This document shows positions 55,580 to 64,000 of a stretch of DNA of 64,000 bases, in pieces. Source of the stretch: a virus; the IMG/VR virus record IMGVR_UViG_3300009103_000012, positions 1 through 64,000 of that record. The stretch is one strand, 5' to 3'. How positions within the stretch are numbered: position 1 is the stretch's first letter; each line of letters starts with the position of its first letter. The notes below the pieces were generated by a model that worked only from the letters and a program-made list of their open reading frames with translations, did no database searches and was not told the DNA's origin. Made by a program: the position numbers and the translations under genes.

Positions 55580-56374
55580 TTAGAAACTATCATCTTCAAG
55601 GTCTGCAAACGCGTCATCAAGGCTCTTGAACTTAGACTCGATATTCTTTGGTGCGGAGCTAGTGGTAGTAGTACCGTTGAAGCCGCGTGTTGTTTCACCC
55701 TCATCGCTCTCGGCGTCATCGCCTTCAAGCCAATCATTTACGATCTTTGTCAAAGCGTCATAAGACTTTGCTTCATACATATCGTTAATATCAGGAATGT
55801 TTTCAACCCATGTCGCTGCCTGCTTATTATCACTACAAAGAGCTGATTGCTTGCCGCGGGGGCGCACTTCAGTTGTTGCCCACATACGTCCAGGCGCCTT
55901 TGTACAAATCACCTTGACATCACGACCATCTGTCGGGTCGGTGATATCGCCGTAATCTTCATCAAGCATAATATTGAGAAGAGACTGATATACTGTTTTG
56001 CCAAAAGCCCAAATACGAACACCTTTGTCTTCTTCACCGCGAACGATAACAGGGGCGTAATATCGCGCCTTGGGATAAAGCTTCTTACAAAGCTCATAAG
56101 ACTCCTTTGTTCCCTCATCACGAAGCTTTGTGATGAGCTCCTGAATCGGATCGGGATCGCCAAACTGATATGGCGCAAGAAGTCCAGGGTTGTTTCCGAT
56201 GTTATAGTAAAACCATCGCTCAGCGAAGGGAAGACCGTCATCATTCGCTGGGAATGACATGAGCCGAACTACGCTCTCTTCACCTTCTTGGGGACGCCAC
56301 ATTGTGTTGCGGCGGGAGTTATTGCCAGAAAGCTGGCCAAGCTTCTTACGAAGCGCATCAAAATTAATTGCCAT
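55580..56374 (-). CDS. T4 gp32-like single-stranded DNA-binding protein
   Basis: WRPQEG..VRL, DPIQE, WAFGKTVY, DITDPTDGRD, acidic tail LDDAFADLEDDSF. Confidence 0.85.
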   Translation of the reverse strand: MAINFDALRKKLGQLSGNNSRRNTMWRPQEGEESVVRLMSFPANDDGLPFAERWFYYNIGNNPGLLAPYQFGDPDPIQELITKLRDEGTKESYELCKKLYPKARYYAPVIVRGEEDKGVRIWAFGKTVYQSLLNIMLDEDYGDITDPTDGRDVKVICTKAPGRMWATTEVRPRGKQSALCSDNKQAATWVENIPDINDMYEAKSYDALTKIVNDWLEGDDAESDEGETTRGFNGTTTTSSAPKNIESKFKSLDDAFADLEDDSF

Positions 56375-56434
56375 GTTAACCTCCAAATGTTTAATATGCA
56401 ATATTCAATTGTCTTTTGTCCTAAGGACATTTAT

Positions 56435-56463
56435 AGTATAATAGCTAGTAGTCAGTTTTTCAA
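56435..56463 (-). promoter_or_regulatory. Sigma70-like promoter TTGAAA-N17-TATACT upstream of SSB
   Basis: Near-consensus, intergenic. Confidence 0.6.
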
Positions 56464-56464
56464 A

Positions 56465-56713
56465 TTATTTTTTATATTCTTTTCCACCGCCGAAAGCAGA
56501 AGCATTTGCTTTTTCAGCACCTTTTCTTCGCTTCTTTCTTTCGGCAGAAGGACCCATCCCTAAAGGAACCATAGGCCCAGGCACGCCGCCGGCGCTTTGT
56601 TCATCATGGTGATCTTCATCTTCTGCCTCGCGGTCATCTTCTGCACTCTCATCAGGCTCGCCCAAGACTTCTTTCTCGAGTAACAGTCGTATATATTCTC
56701 TGATCAAATCCAT
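56465..56713 (-). CDS. Small leader-bearing protein (acidic then basic)
   Basis: MDLIREYIRLLLE; ATAATTA 5 nt upstream. Confidence 0.7.
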   Translation of the reverse strand: MDLIREYIRLLLEKEVLGEPDESAEDDREAEDEDHHDEQSAGGVPGPMVPLGMGPSAERKKRRKGAEKANASAFGGGKEYKK

Positions 56714-56724
56714 ACATTTAATTA

Positions 56725-57564
56725 TTACTCAGAAAAGCGATGTGATGCATCTATCTCAAAATATTGTGGCTCAACCCTTGAAAGGTTCTCCTTTAGCCAC
56801 AAGCATTCACGCTTAGCTTCCTCTTCGCTGTTCGTAGCCTTCCACCAACATGTCAATTCAGGATTCCACCTGTATCGACCTTGCTTCAAGATTACATTCT
56901 CTTCCCTTAGCGAATTCGCGGCAAAAACATGATAGTCTGGCTCTGACGCATTCTGCAACAGCTCTTGCATATATTTGTTCTTTCGCAAAAGATGAAGTGT
57001 GGCATCCACATCTGCAACTGCATTGTGAGAATCATAAAAATACCCATGCCAGGCGCAAAGCACTTCTAGAGCCTTAGAGCATCGTACGATAGGTGTCCAA
57101 TCAACTTGAGTCATAGAACATCCCCAGATAGCATTCTCAGGCGCCAGTTGATTGTTTTTACGAAGGGCTATATCAATCCATTTTCTGTCAAAAGAAGCGT
57201 TGTGTGCAATGATAAATTGGCACTTTTGCAAGACACGAGAAATCTTATCCCAAGGAATACTCTTTCCTTCTAGGTCTTCATCTGTGAACCCAGTTATGTG
57301 CGTAATAATCTTAGGTAGAGGAGCTGACGGTTGCTGCAGGGCAACGATCGTATTTCTCAATCCGGAAACTTCGCCAGTGGTTGGACTCACAAAGAATGGG
57401 CGAATCGCAATCTGAATTATTTCATCCTTCAGATGATTCAAGCCCGTTGTTTCAACATCAATAACTGCTGCTACAACATCTCCATCTTCAGGCTCTCTAT
57501 CTGGATCATCCAAATTAGCCAATTTATTAAGAAGTACTTTTCCGTTTAGTTCTAAATGCTTCAC
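56725..57564 (-). CDS. DEDDh 3'-5' exonuclease (DnaQ/epsilon-like)
   Basis: IDVETTG, IAHNASFD, HNAVAD. Confidence 0.9.
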   Translation of the reverse strand: MKHLELNGKVLLNKLANLDDPDREPEDGDVVAAVIDVETTGLNHLKDEIIQIAIRPFFVSPTTGEVSGLRNTIVALQQPSAPLPKIITHITGFTDEDLEGKSIPWDKISRVLQKCQFIIAHNASFDRKWIDIALRKNNQLAPENAIWGCSMTQVDWTPIVRCSKALEVLCAWHGYFYDSHNAVADVDATLHLLRKNKYMQELLQNASEPDYHVFAANSLREENVILKQGRYRWNPELTCWWKATNSEEEAKRECLWLKENLSRVEPQYFEIDASHRFSE

Positions 57565-57626
57565 TGCTTCTCCAAGAATATAATCAAATTAATAGTATTT
57601 GAAAGAAGCAATGTTTACAAGAATTA

Positions 57627-58124
57627 CTACCAATCGCCCTTGTTCGGTCCGGTGTGAACGATCACATCACCACCATCGACTTGTATTTGAAGCGGCACGT
57701 CTGAAGACAGTATACCGGCGGTCATGGCCCCCATTAAAGTGTGGTGAAGAAATTTCGCACCATTTCGAGCATCAAGCTCTCCCAGCCCGATAGACAATCC
57801 TTTCCGATCTCCCTTTGTCACCACGCCAATACCTCCGTAGGCCTGAGCCATGGTGTCTTGTTTCACAGCTTGTTTCCAAATAGTGCGTACACCTTCCAGA
57901 CCGTTTCCGCCACCAGAAATTCCAAGATTCTTCATAAGCTGGCCAGGATTTCTTTTCGCCAAGGCGCCAGTCTCAGCGACCACTTTGGTAAAACCACCCT
58001 TTCCAACCGACAAGCCAATTTCACCAGGCTTTATCGCTTTTCCTTTTTTGCGGTGTCCTCTTCCCTTTTTTTCTTCTTCATTTAGAATTGTTCTAATATA
58101 ACTTCTAACTTTTTGTTCATTCAT
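57627..58124 (-). CDS. Leader-bearing hypothetical protein
   Basis: KVRSYIRTILNE. Confidence 0.7.
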   Translation of the reverse strand: MNEQKVRSYIRTILNEEEKKGRGHRKKGKAIKPGEIGLSVGKGGFTKVVAETGALAKRNPGQLMKNLGISGGGNGLEGVRTIWKQAVKQDTMAQAYGGIGVVTKGDRKGLSIGLGELDARNGAKFLHHTLMGAMTAGILSSDVPLQIQVDGGDVIVHTGPNKGDW

Positions 58125-59313
58125 GATTGTTAAACTCTTTTATCTTAAGCGGGAAATTTCCAAGTCCAGAAACATCGTACCCTGTATTTACATATCTTGT
58201 GATTTCGTCTAAATGCTCATTCGGTGTATCAATAATTAGTGCATCGTGAATTACGAATAGTGGCTTACACTTGCTGGAAAAACGCTTGGTAAACTCCTTG
58301 AACCCAGCAATTGCGACGTCTGAGGCTGTCGATTGTAAGTAATTATTCACAAGAATACTTTCTCTTCCACTATCAATTTCTATAGGGCGTCCAAAATAAT
58401 TCTGGATCATTCCTGATTTTGCCTGATATCTCAACTCACGCTTAAGATCAACTAACTTAAAATAGCTTGACACTTCGCGCATCAAATATGAGGCGCTTAT
58501 TTTGGACTTATCTTTTTTCAGAAGCTGTTCAAGACGCAAATTACCAGCTCCATATAACGAACACAAGACTGCCAACTTTGCGGTGTCTCTCGACACCTTT
58601 ATATTACTAGACTCTATAAACGAAAGATATACGTCACTTGCAGCATGAACGTTCGCAAGATTAAGGGCAACTCGGGGCTCTAGAGAAACAAAATCGATCT
58701 CATAAAGAGTACCGCGATTTGAAGCGGGAGTAAAGACAGACCTAAATTCTTTTTTCAATGTCAAAATCTGCGGGCCACTTTTGATCGTTAAGCGTCCAGT
58801 CTTTGTTGAAACCCGATCATACAATGGGACGTCCAAAAAAGAGTTGGCTGAACCTGACAATAACTTTCTTAAGACATGCGAATCGTTGTGCTGTAATAAT
58901 TTCCTTGTCAGTGTTGTATCGATTCGTGATTGACACAAGCTACTAAACAGCTCATTTGAATCTATAAAAAACTTTGGGTAATTACTCTCGGTTAACAACT
59001 CTTCAATTTTGCAAAGTTCTTCAACATACTTCTTAAAATTCTTCTTAAATACTTTTCTAGGGAGGATGTAGCGCCACGGTATCGATGGAGGGACCTTAAT
59101 GTCGGAAAAGCTTTTCCTGAATCTTTTCGGTACAAAATCAGGAATATCTATATCATATAAGCTTAATAGAGGCTCCAAAGAGTCTGGTCGGCCTGGGCAC
59201 CCAATCACAAAATATGACCTATCCGATATCTCATGTGTCCACCTGATTAGTCCACCGCTTATAATCATGTGATTTTCTGTGCCGATGTAATTCTTATGAA
59301 GCAAAATTGGCAT
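58117..59313 (-). CDS. Compact family A DNA polymerase-like protein (no exonuclease domains)
   Basis: TGRL, IDFVSLEPR (motif A), RDTAK...LYG (B), NYFGR, NNYLQSTASD, IHDA (C). Confidence 0.75.
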   Translation of the reverse strand: MPILLHKNYIGTENHMIISGGLIRWTHEISDRSYFVIGCPGRPDSLEPLLSLYDIDIPDFVPKRFRKSFSDIKVPPSIPWRYILPRKVFKKNFKKYVEELCKIEELLTESNYPKFFIDSNELFSSLCQSRIDTTLTRKLLQHNDSHVLRKLLSGSANSFLDVPLYDRVSTKTGRLTIKSGPQILTLKKEFRSVFTPASNRGTLYEIDFVSLEPRVALNLANVHAASDVYLSFIESSNIKVSRDTAKLAVLCSLYGAGNLRLEQLLKKDKSKISASYLMREVSSYFKLVDLKRELRYQAKSGMIQNYFGRPIEIDSGRESILVNNYLQSTASDVAIAGFKEFTKRFSSKCKPLFVIHDALIIDTPNEHLDEITRYVNTGYDVSGLGNFPLKIKEFNNHE

Positions 59314-59349
59314 GTGTCAATTTAATAAAGTTGCATAGAATGTTCAAGC

Positions 59350-62300
59350 TTATCCAGCATCTGTCATCGCAGTTAGCGCTCCCTTTACGCTATCCATCAT
59401 GCTTATGTACTTACCAAATGCATCGATCTGCGTCATCTTTAATTTCGTCTCAAATTTCCCTTGAGAAAGTGAGTGATCGATTCCTGTTACCACGAACGTA
59501 TTATCTATCGTGGTTCCCGTCCCAAAGTCTACGAAGAATTGCTGACCATACGAAATAAGCGGACATCCGTATGTTGTTAGCGATAGCTGTACCGGTGCGG
59601 TTTGAAGCGGTAGTCCAGCATCGCGGGATCCCTGGGGACCGTCACCTCCACCCATTCCTCCTCGCATCATATTAACAGAAGCAAGCTTGGGATCATTCAT
59701 CGATGAAAGGTCTGCTGCTAGCACTGCTGAATTAGAGCTACCATAAATAATCGATGGCATGCTCTTCATCAAAAAATCTTTTAACGCTGGAAACCCTCCT
59801 TTCACGCGAAAGTGCGAAGTCAAGAATTCTTCCATTACTGCATCTACAGTTGCATCAGTAGCATTATTCACATCATCCAGAATCTCTTGAGGAACAACCT
59901 CCAGAAGGCCACCCTCAATTGCCATTATAAGACCTGCCACAAATTCACTTTGATGAGTACAGTCCCAACCATCAGTAGCACCTGCCGCTGCCTCAACTTC
60001 TCCAGGCACTCCTCCTGCTGCGGATGAAAGCAGACCAATTGAATCGCTTCTTGCGGCACCCATCATTTTATGCAATGCCGTGTAAGGAGTGCACACAGTG
60101 TCATATATGTGTATTCTTAGAAGTGTACCCTTCTTTCCATTTGGGTGAGTACCCGGCTTACAGGGAACAGCTTGCATTTCAAACTTAATTCGAGGCATCT
60201 TAAATTCTATATCTGCACCCTCTCCATACGCGTCTTCCAACCTCTTCTTTTTTTCGTCATTCAATTTCGTGGCGTCTTCTTTAAACTCTTCTTTCATTTG
60301 AGTCTCGCCTTCTTCATCTGTCTCAAATAAGTCACACAAGCCGTAGACATACGATGCTTGGTTTTGTATAAACTCTTTAGACACAAAATTCAAGAATCGA
60401 CCCAATGGCATATTAACAGATGTCTTAGTCGCTTCTTCGAACTTTTTCTTAAAGTCTTCAATTCTGATCGGAATATCTGCAATCGTTAAGCTTGAAAGAT
60501 AACTTGCTTTATCATTCACAGGATAAAAGATAAATTGAATCTCATCGAACCGACGTGTTGAAGCTAAAGGTTTTCCTATCATATACATCAGCATAGCGCC
60601 AAAAGAAACAAATTTGCTGTCATTATATCTAGCATTAACGTAAGCTGTACTACCCATCGCGCCACGGACCGTACGAGCGAAGGGATCTTTATTAGAGCCG
60701 CGCATATTCCCAAGATGCTGAATTTTTCCCGCGACGGCATCTGCTATCGTCGCTTTTGCTTCAGCAACTACACCGCCCTGACCGTCACTACCAAACATAT
60801 CAGAGAGGGTACTAGCTAATTCTTCCTCTGCTGGATCTGTCGAATTTCTTTTTTCAGAAATAAACTTTTTGATAGCATCAGCTGTCTCTTGATCAACTGT
60901 CATAGCCTTACTAGTGTCTGAGGCGGCGGACATAAAAGAACTACCAAACATATCTTTAGCAGACTGTGTATCACCCGTTGCTTCAGCGTCCTCCATGATC
61001 TGTTGCTTAATCACTTTAATCGCTTCTTGTAAGTCTTTCAAAGTCTGAAGAATGTCATCTACACCTTCACCCTGGCTGAGGTTAGCTGTGTCGATATTTC
61101 CGGAGCCCTTCATGGAAAGTTTTAGTTTTATCTTAACTTGGCCGACATCATCAAACGAAAAAGAGCTATTCACAACCATATATTTTTTCTTAACTTTACA
61201 AAGGTCTAAGAACGTTCCAAAGAAATTTCCCTGGACTGACCCAACCGGTAAACCGGTTGAAGAGGCTTCTTCACCTCCAACCGTTCGTCCAGACGGATCT
61301 GGATGAGACCACCCATAGGTTATCAAAAGCTCGGTATGACCATAAAGATCGGGCTTAACAAACTCAGATATCTCAGTTAAGCGTGATCTATCATGCATGA
61401 TTAAAGATATCTCAGCTGTTTCATGAGACATGAATCCCTTCGAAGGAGTAACAGAAACGCTGAAGTCTTCAATCGTCATCATAGGACGGAATGGATCAAT
61501 TATCCCGGCTCCTCTGCGGCCGCCGGTTTGTGGCTGGTCTTCTGGAGCTGAACCTGGGGTCTGAGAGAATGCTTCATAGTCTTCGTATCTTTCCATTCTT
61601 GCTTGTGGTCCATGACCGATCACAGGCACCATTGTCTGAGGCGCTAAAAACATTTCCATACCCGCTGTTGCGATTTCAACTTCCTCAGCATCCGGATCGA
61701 CAGCATTGGGGTCTGAAGCGGGTAAGGCATTAGCCTGTGCATCAAGAGTTTGTTGGGCCTGCTCAAAATCATGTAAAGCAGAACCGTCAAGAGCAGTTGC
61801 CATATAATAATCTGCGGTGTTCTCTGCAGGTGCCGATGACCCAAGCAGAAATTGCATCATACCCATCGTCTGAATTCGACCATCTTCAGCCACACCACTC
61901 TTGGGAGATATCACTGTTATGTCAAGATAAGGCTGACACCTGCTCAGCTCCAGCGTCGGTAAGCAATTCATAAAAAGAGCAACAGCGCCTGTGTCTCTTT
62001 TTGCTGGGGTTAATTTAGGATTAAAAACCTGGAGGGCTGATACGTTCGGAGTGTATTTCGTTGGGGAAGCAAACGCACCGTTAATCTGGCCCTCTCCATC
62101 TGTGTCAATCTTCATGCATTTTTTTGCAGAAAAAGTTGAAGCTACAAAAGAGGGCCAGGTTGGTGACCCAACACCCGTTGGCATATCAATCACGTCAAAA
62201 GCTTCGGGCTCTCCAATAATTCGGTATAACCCCTTGGCTAAATCAACCATGTCAGCAACTTCCGCGGAGGTGGCACCCTGCATTGCATCAACCAGCGCTT

Positions 62301-62523
62301 GCATTGCTTGCATTGTCGTCACACCACCTTCTGTGGTATTCGTGAATGCGCGGATGACCTTGTGCATTTCAGGTGTTGGATCCAGATCTAAGGTACCAAA
62401 TGAACCGACTGCGTCATCGCCACCAAAAGCCAGTACTGCCATAAAATCTTCTTTCGAAACAATAGACCAGTATCTTCCTAGTTTGTCAACGACATCCGAT
62501 AACTTGTCATCATAAATAGCCAT
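59350..62523 (-). CDS. Large baseplate hub/tail-associated protein
   Basis: C-terminal GCPLISYGQQFFVDF..FVVTGIDHSL..GKFETKL, typical of gp27/gpD-like hubs; follows a gpX-like gene. Confidence 0.6.
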   Translation of the reverse strand: MAIYDDKLSDVVDKLGRYWSIVSKEDFMAVLAFGGDDAVGSFGTLDLDPTPEMHKVIRAFTNTTEGGVTTMQAMQALVDAMQGATSAEVADMVDLAKGLYRIIGEPEAFDVIDMPTGVGSPTWPSFVASTFSAKKCMKIDTDGEGQINGAFASPTKYTPNVSALQVFNPKLTPAKRDTGAVALFMNCLPTLELSRCQPYLDITVISPKSGVAEDGRIQTMGMMQFLLGSSAPAENTADYYMATALDGSALHDFEQAQQTLDAQANALPASDPNAVDPDAEEVEIATAGMEMFLAPQTMVPVIGHGPQARMERYEDYEAFSQTPGSAPEDQPQTGGRRGAGIIDPFRPMMTIEDFSVSVTPSKGFMSHETAEISLIMHDRSRLTEISEFVKPDLYGHTELLITYGWSHPDPSGRTVGGEEASSTGLPVGSVQGNFFGTFLDLCKVKKKYMVVNSSFSFDDVGQVKIKLKLSMKGSGNIDTANLSQGEGVDDILQTLKDLQEAIKVIKQQIMEDAEATGDTQSAKDMFGSSFMSAASDTSKAMTVDQETADAIKKFISEKRNSTDPAEEELASTLSDMFGSDGQGGVVAEAKATIADAVAGKIQHLGNMRGSNKDPFARTVRGAMGSTAYVNARYNDSKFVSFGAMLMYMIGKPLASTRRFDEIQFIFYPVNDKASYLSSLTIADIPIRIEDFKKKFEEATKTSVNMPLGRFLNFVSKEFIQNQASYVYGLCDLFETDEEGETQMKEEFKEDATKLNDEKKKRLEDAYGEGADIEFKMPRIKFEMQAVPCKPGTHPNGKKGTLLRIHIYDTVCTPYTALHKMMGAARSDSIGLLSSAAGGVPGEVEAAAGATDGWDCTHQSEFVAGLIMAIEGGLLEVVPQEILDDVNNATDATVDAVMEEFLTSHFRVKGGFPALKDFLMKSMPSIIYGSSNSAVLAADLSSMNDPKLASVNMMRGGMGGGDGPQGSRDAGLPLQTAPVQLSLTTYGCPLISYGQQFFVDFGTGTTIDNTFVVTGIDHSLSQGKFETKLKMTQIDAFGKYISMMDSVKGALTAMTDAG

Positions 62524-62526
62524 GCG

Positions 62527-62823
62527 CTACCCTAATAGAGCCATAATCTGACCTATGTCAGTTGGAATTTTAAGATAAATTCCTGGAGGCACCTGTAAAC
62601 CCCATCCAATGCCACTGGCTCCAGCAATGACCCACCACAATGTTCCATCGCCATATATTTCACCAGCAATAATATCGAGTCGCTCGGCCTCTGTCGTAAC
62701 ACGTCCTTTCCATGAAATCTTTCCTGACGCGACGGCGACAGCTACCATATAACAAGCGTCCCATGTTCCATAAAATTTTCCACCCCTTAATTTTGGAGCT
62801 CTCTTGTATCGATTTATTGGCAT
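62527..62823 (-). CDS. LysM/gpX/gp53-like baseplate protein
   Basis: ERLDIIAGEIYGDGTLWWVIA...PGIYLKIP. Confidence 0.8.
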   Translation of the reverse strand: MPINRYKRAPKLRGGKFYGTWDACYMVAVAVASGKISWKGRVTTEAERLDIIAGEIYGDGTLWWVIAGASGIGWGLQVPPGIYLKIPTDIGQIMALLG

Positions 62824-62836
62824 TAGCTAGTCCCCA

Positions 62837-64000
62837 TTATCCCGTACCCGGGGTTCCACCACCACCAGCTCCATAGCCACCAGTAACAGAATCTTTGAAC
62901 CCTTCTTGTGTGTCGATATTTGCATCATCATCAACGTATGTACCGCGATGGATACTCATACGGCCGCCGGGAACAGATCGGCCGGCACCTGGACTGTAGA
63001 AGTCTTCTGCGAGACCGGCGTTGATTTTTCCAACTGGATAGTTGTATGCGCGCATTGCGCCGTTGTTGTCGAGGCCAGGAACAATATCGTGTATTGGGCT
63101 AAAGCTGATGCTACACTTTATCATCTGTGGAGCTCTTCTACTAATATCAGACATATCCCATTGCGATTCTTTCCAGTCCATATCAAAACTGGTAATGACG
63201 CCCGCTAAGCCTCGTCCACCGGCTGCTTCGAAAGATCGTACAACAGCATTTTTGTCGGGATGAAAGAAATCATAAATATCAAATACCTGCTCTTCAAGGG
63301 TAACATTTACAGGTGGAACTGTCGGTTCGGCTGGTGGTGGATAGATTGGATACAGGTCCACCGATGTTACCACGTATGCGTGGGTATGGCCCTTACTTGA
63401 TAAAGCTGGCCCATAAGGGTCGGCAGGATCATCAGGGTCTGCTGGGGTCACTAGATACTCTGCGTATTGTCCAGCTTCACGGACATCTTCATTAACACTT
63501 GTCTCTTGGTTTAGCTCATCCGCTGATTCACCTGCCGCATTCACAAAAGCCCCATACTCATCGGAAACTCTGCGACCAATGATATTCACTTTCATTTCTG
63601 AATATGTGCGTGAAGTGAATGCATGGTCTTCGATGTTTATACCAGATGTTGCAGTGGGGGGAGGGAACAGAGCAGGCCAGTCATCTGGCCCGTATGGAGT
63701 CCCGGGAGTTGACTTATCCTGGTCCATATCATACGTCGTATAACCCTCGGAATTGGCGTACATCATAGCTACACCGAGGCCAAGGCCACTAGTATCAAAA
63801 GGAATAAATCCATGGTCGAAGTCTGCATGTTCGTCAGGCTCAAAAAACCAATGCATATCAATATCTAGCTCAACACCAGCCGCGTCTGCTTCGGCAGTCG
63901 CCTCTGCTATCTCAACAGCAGCTTGGGCTTCTTCCATGTATGTTAGATCGAATGGCGCGCCTTCCCACTTCGCTCTTTCTTCATCACTATCGATTGTAGT
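62837..64000 (-). CDS. Baseplate/tail-tube-initiator-like protein (5' partial)
   Basis: Frame open to window end; GVITSFDMDW..W...PQMIKCSISFSPIH. Confidence 0.6.
   Translation of the reverse strand, partial: TTIDSDEERAKWEGAPFDLTYMEEAQAAVEIAEATAEADAAGVELDIDMHWFFEPDEHADFDHGFIPFDTSGLGLGVAMMYANSEGYTTYDMDQDKSTPGTPYGPDDWPALFPPPTATSGINIEDHAFTSRTYSEMKVNIIGRRVSDEYGAFVNAAGESADELNQETSVNEDVREAGQYAEYLVTPADPDDPADPYGPALSSKGHTHAYVVTSVDLYPIYPPPAEPTVPPVNVTLEEQVFDIYDFFHPDKNAVVRSFEAAGGRGLAGVITSFDMDWKESQWDMSDISRRAPQMIKCSISFSPIHDIVPGLDNNGAMRAYNYPVGKINAGLAEDFYSPGAGRSVPGGRMSIHRGTYVDDDANIDTQEGFKDSVTGGYGAGGGGTPGTG

Noticed and set aside
988-63495. Most plus-strand ORFs in the track outside 7.9-10.4 kb, and short nested minus-strand ORFs
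   Set aside because: They are antisense or alternate-frame shadows of well-supported genes and have no recognisable motifs.
1-64000. Bacterial chromosome origin (dnaE, groEL, recA, def, ssrA, glnII)
   Set aside because: These genes are interleaved with baseplate genes, a gp32-like SSB, an endolysin and many unknown ORFs, with no bacterial operon context.
1-64000. Stop-codon recoding
   Set aside because: Long conserved genes are intact in the standard code, and TAA, TAG and TGA all end genes at sensible boundaries.

Overview
This is a gene-dense fragment of a large (jumbo/huge) tailed-phage genome, probably a myovirus, using the standard genetic code. Almost all genes are on the minus strand; a short plus-strand island at 7.5-10.4 kb holds a tmRNA, a Cys-rich protein, a tubulin/FtsZ-family GTPase and a P-loop kinase. 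Modules from right to left: baseplate genes (59-64 kb); replication/recombination (family A polymerase-like protein, DnaQ-like exonuclease, gp32-like SSB, RecA, FEN, helicase, class II RNR, DnaE); auxiliary genes (ClpP, endolysin, GSII, thioesterase, ThyX, dCTPase/dUTPase, J-domain); a nucleotide-sugar/DNA-modification cluster (32.7-39.7 kb); a block of acidic putative virion proteins (20-32.6 kb); GroEL, sigma factor and peptide deformylase; and a variable cassette array at 1-7.5 kb. Two candidate undescribed systems stand out. (1) A T4-like cytosine hypermodification pathway (dCMP-type TS homolog, dNMP kinase, T4 beta-glucosyltransferase-like enzyme) with UDP-galactopyranose mutase placed between its genes, predicting furanose-sugar (Galf or Araf) modified cytosine in phage DNA. 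(2) A shared leader, L-R-x-Y-I-R-x-(L/I)-(L/I)-x-E, on many unrelated proteins, resembling the T4 capsid-targeting/prohead-protease signal and co-occurring with an ATATTTA upstream motif. All protein calls are by-eye motif recognition; no database searches were run.
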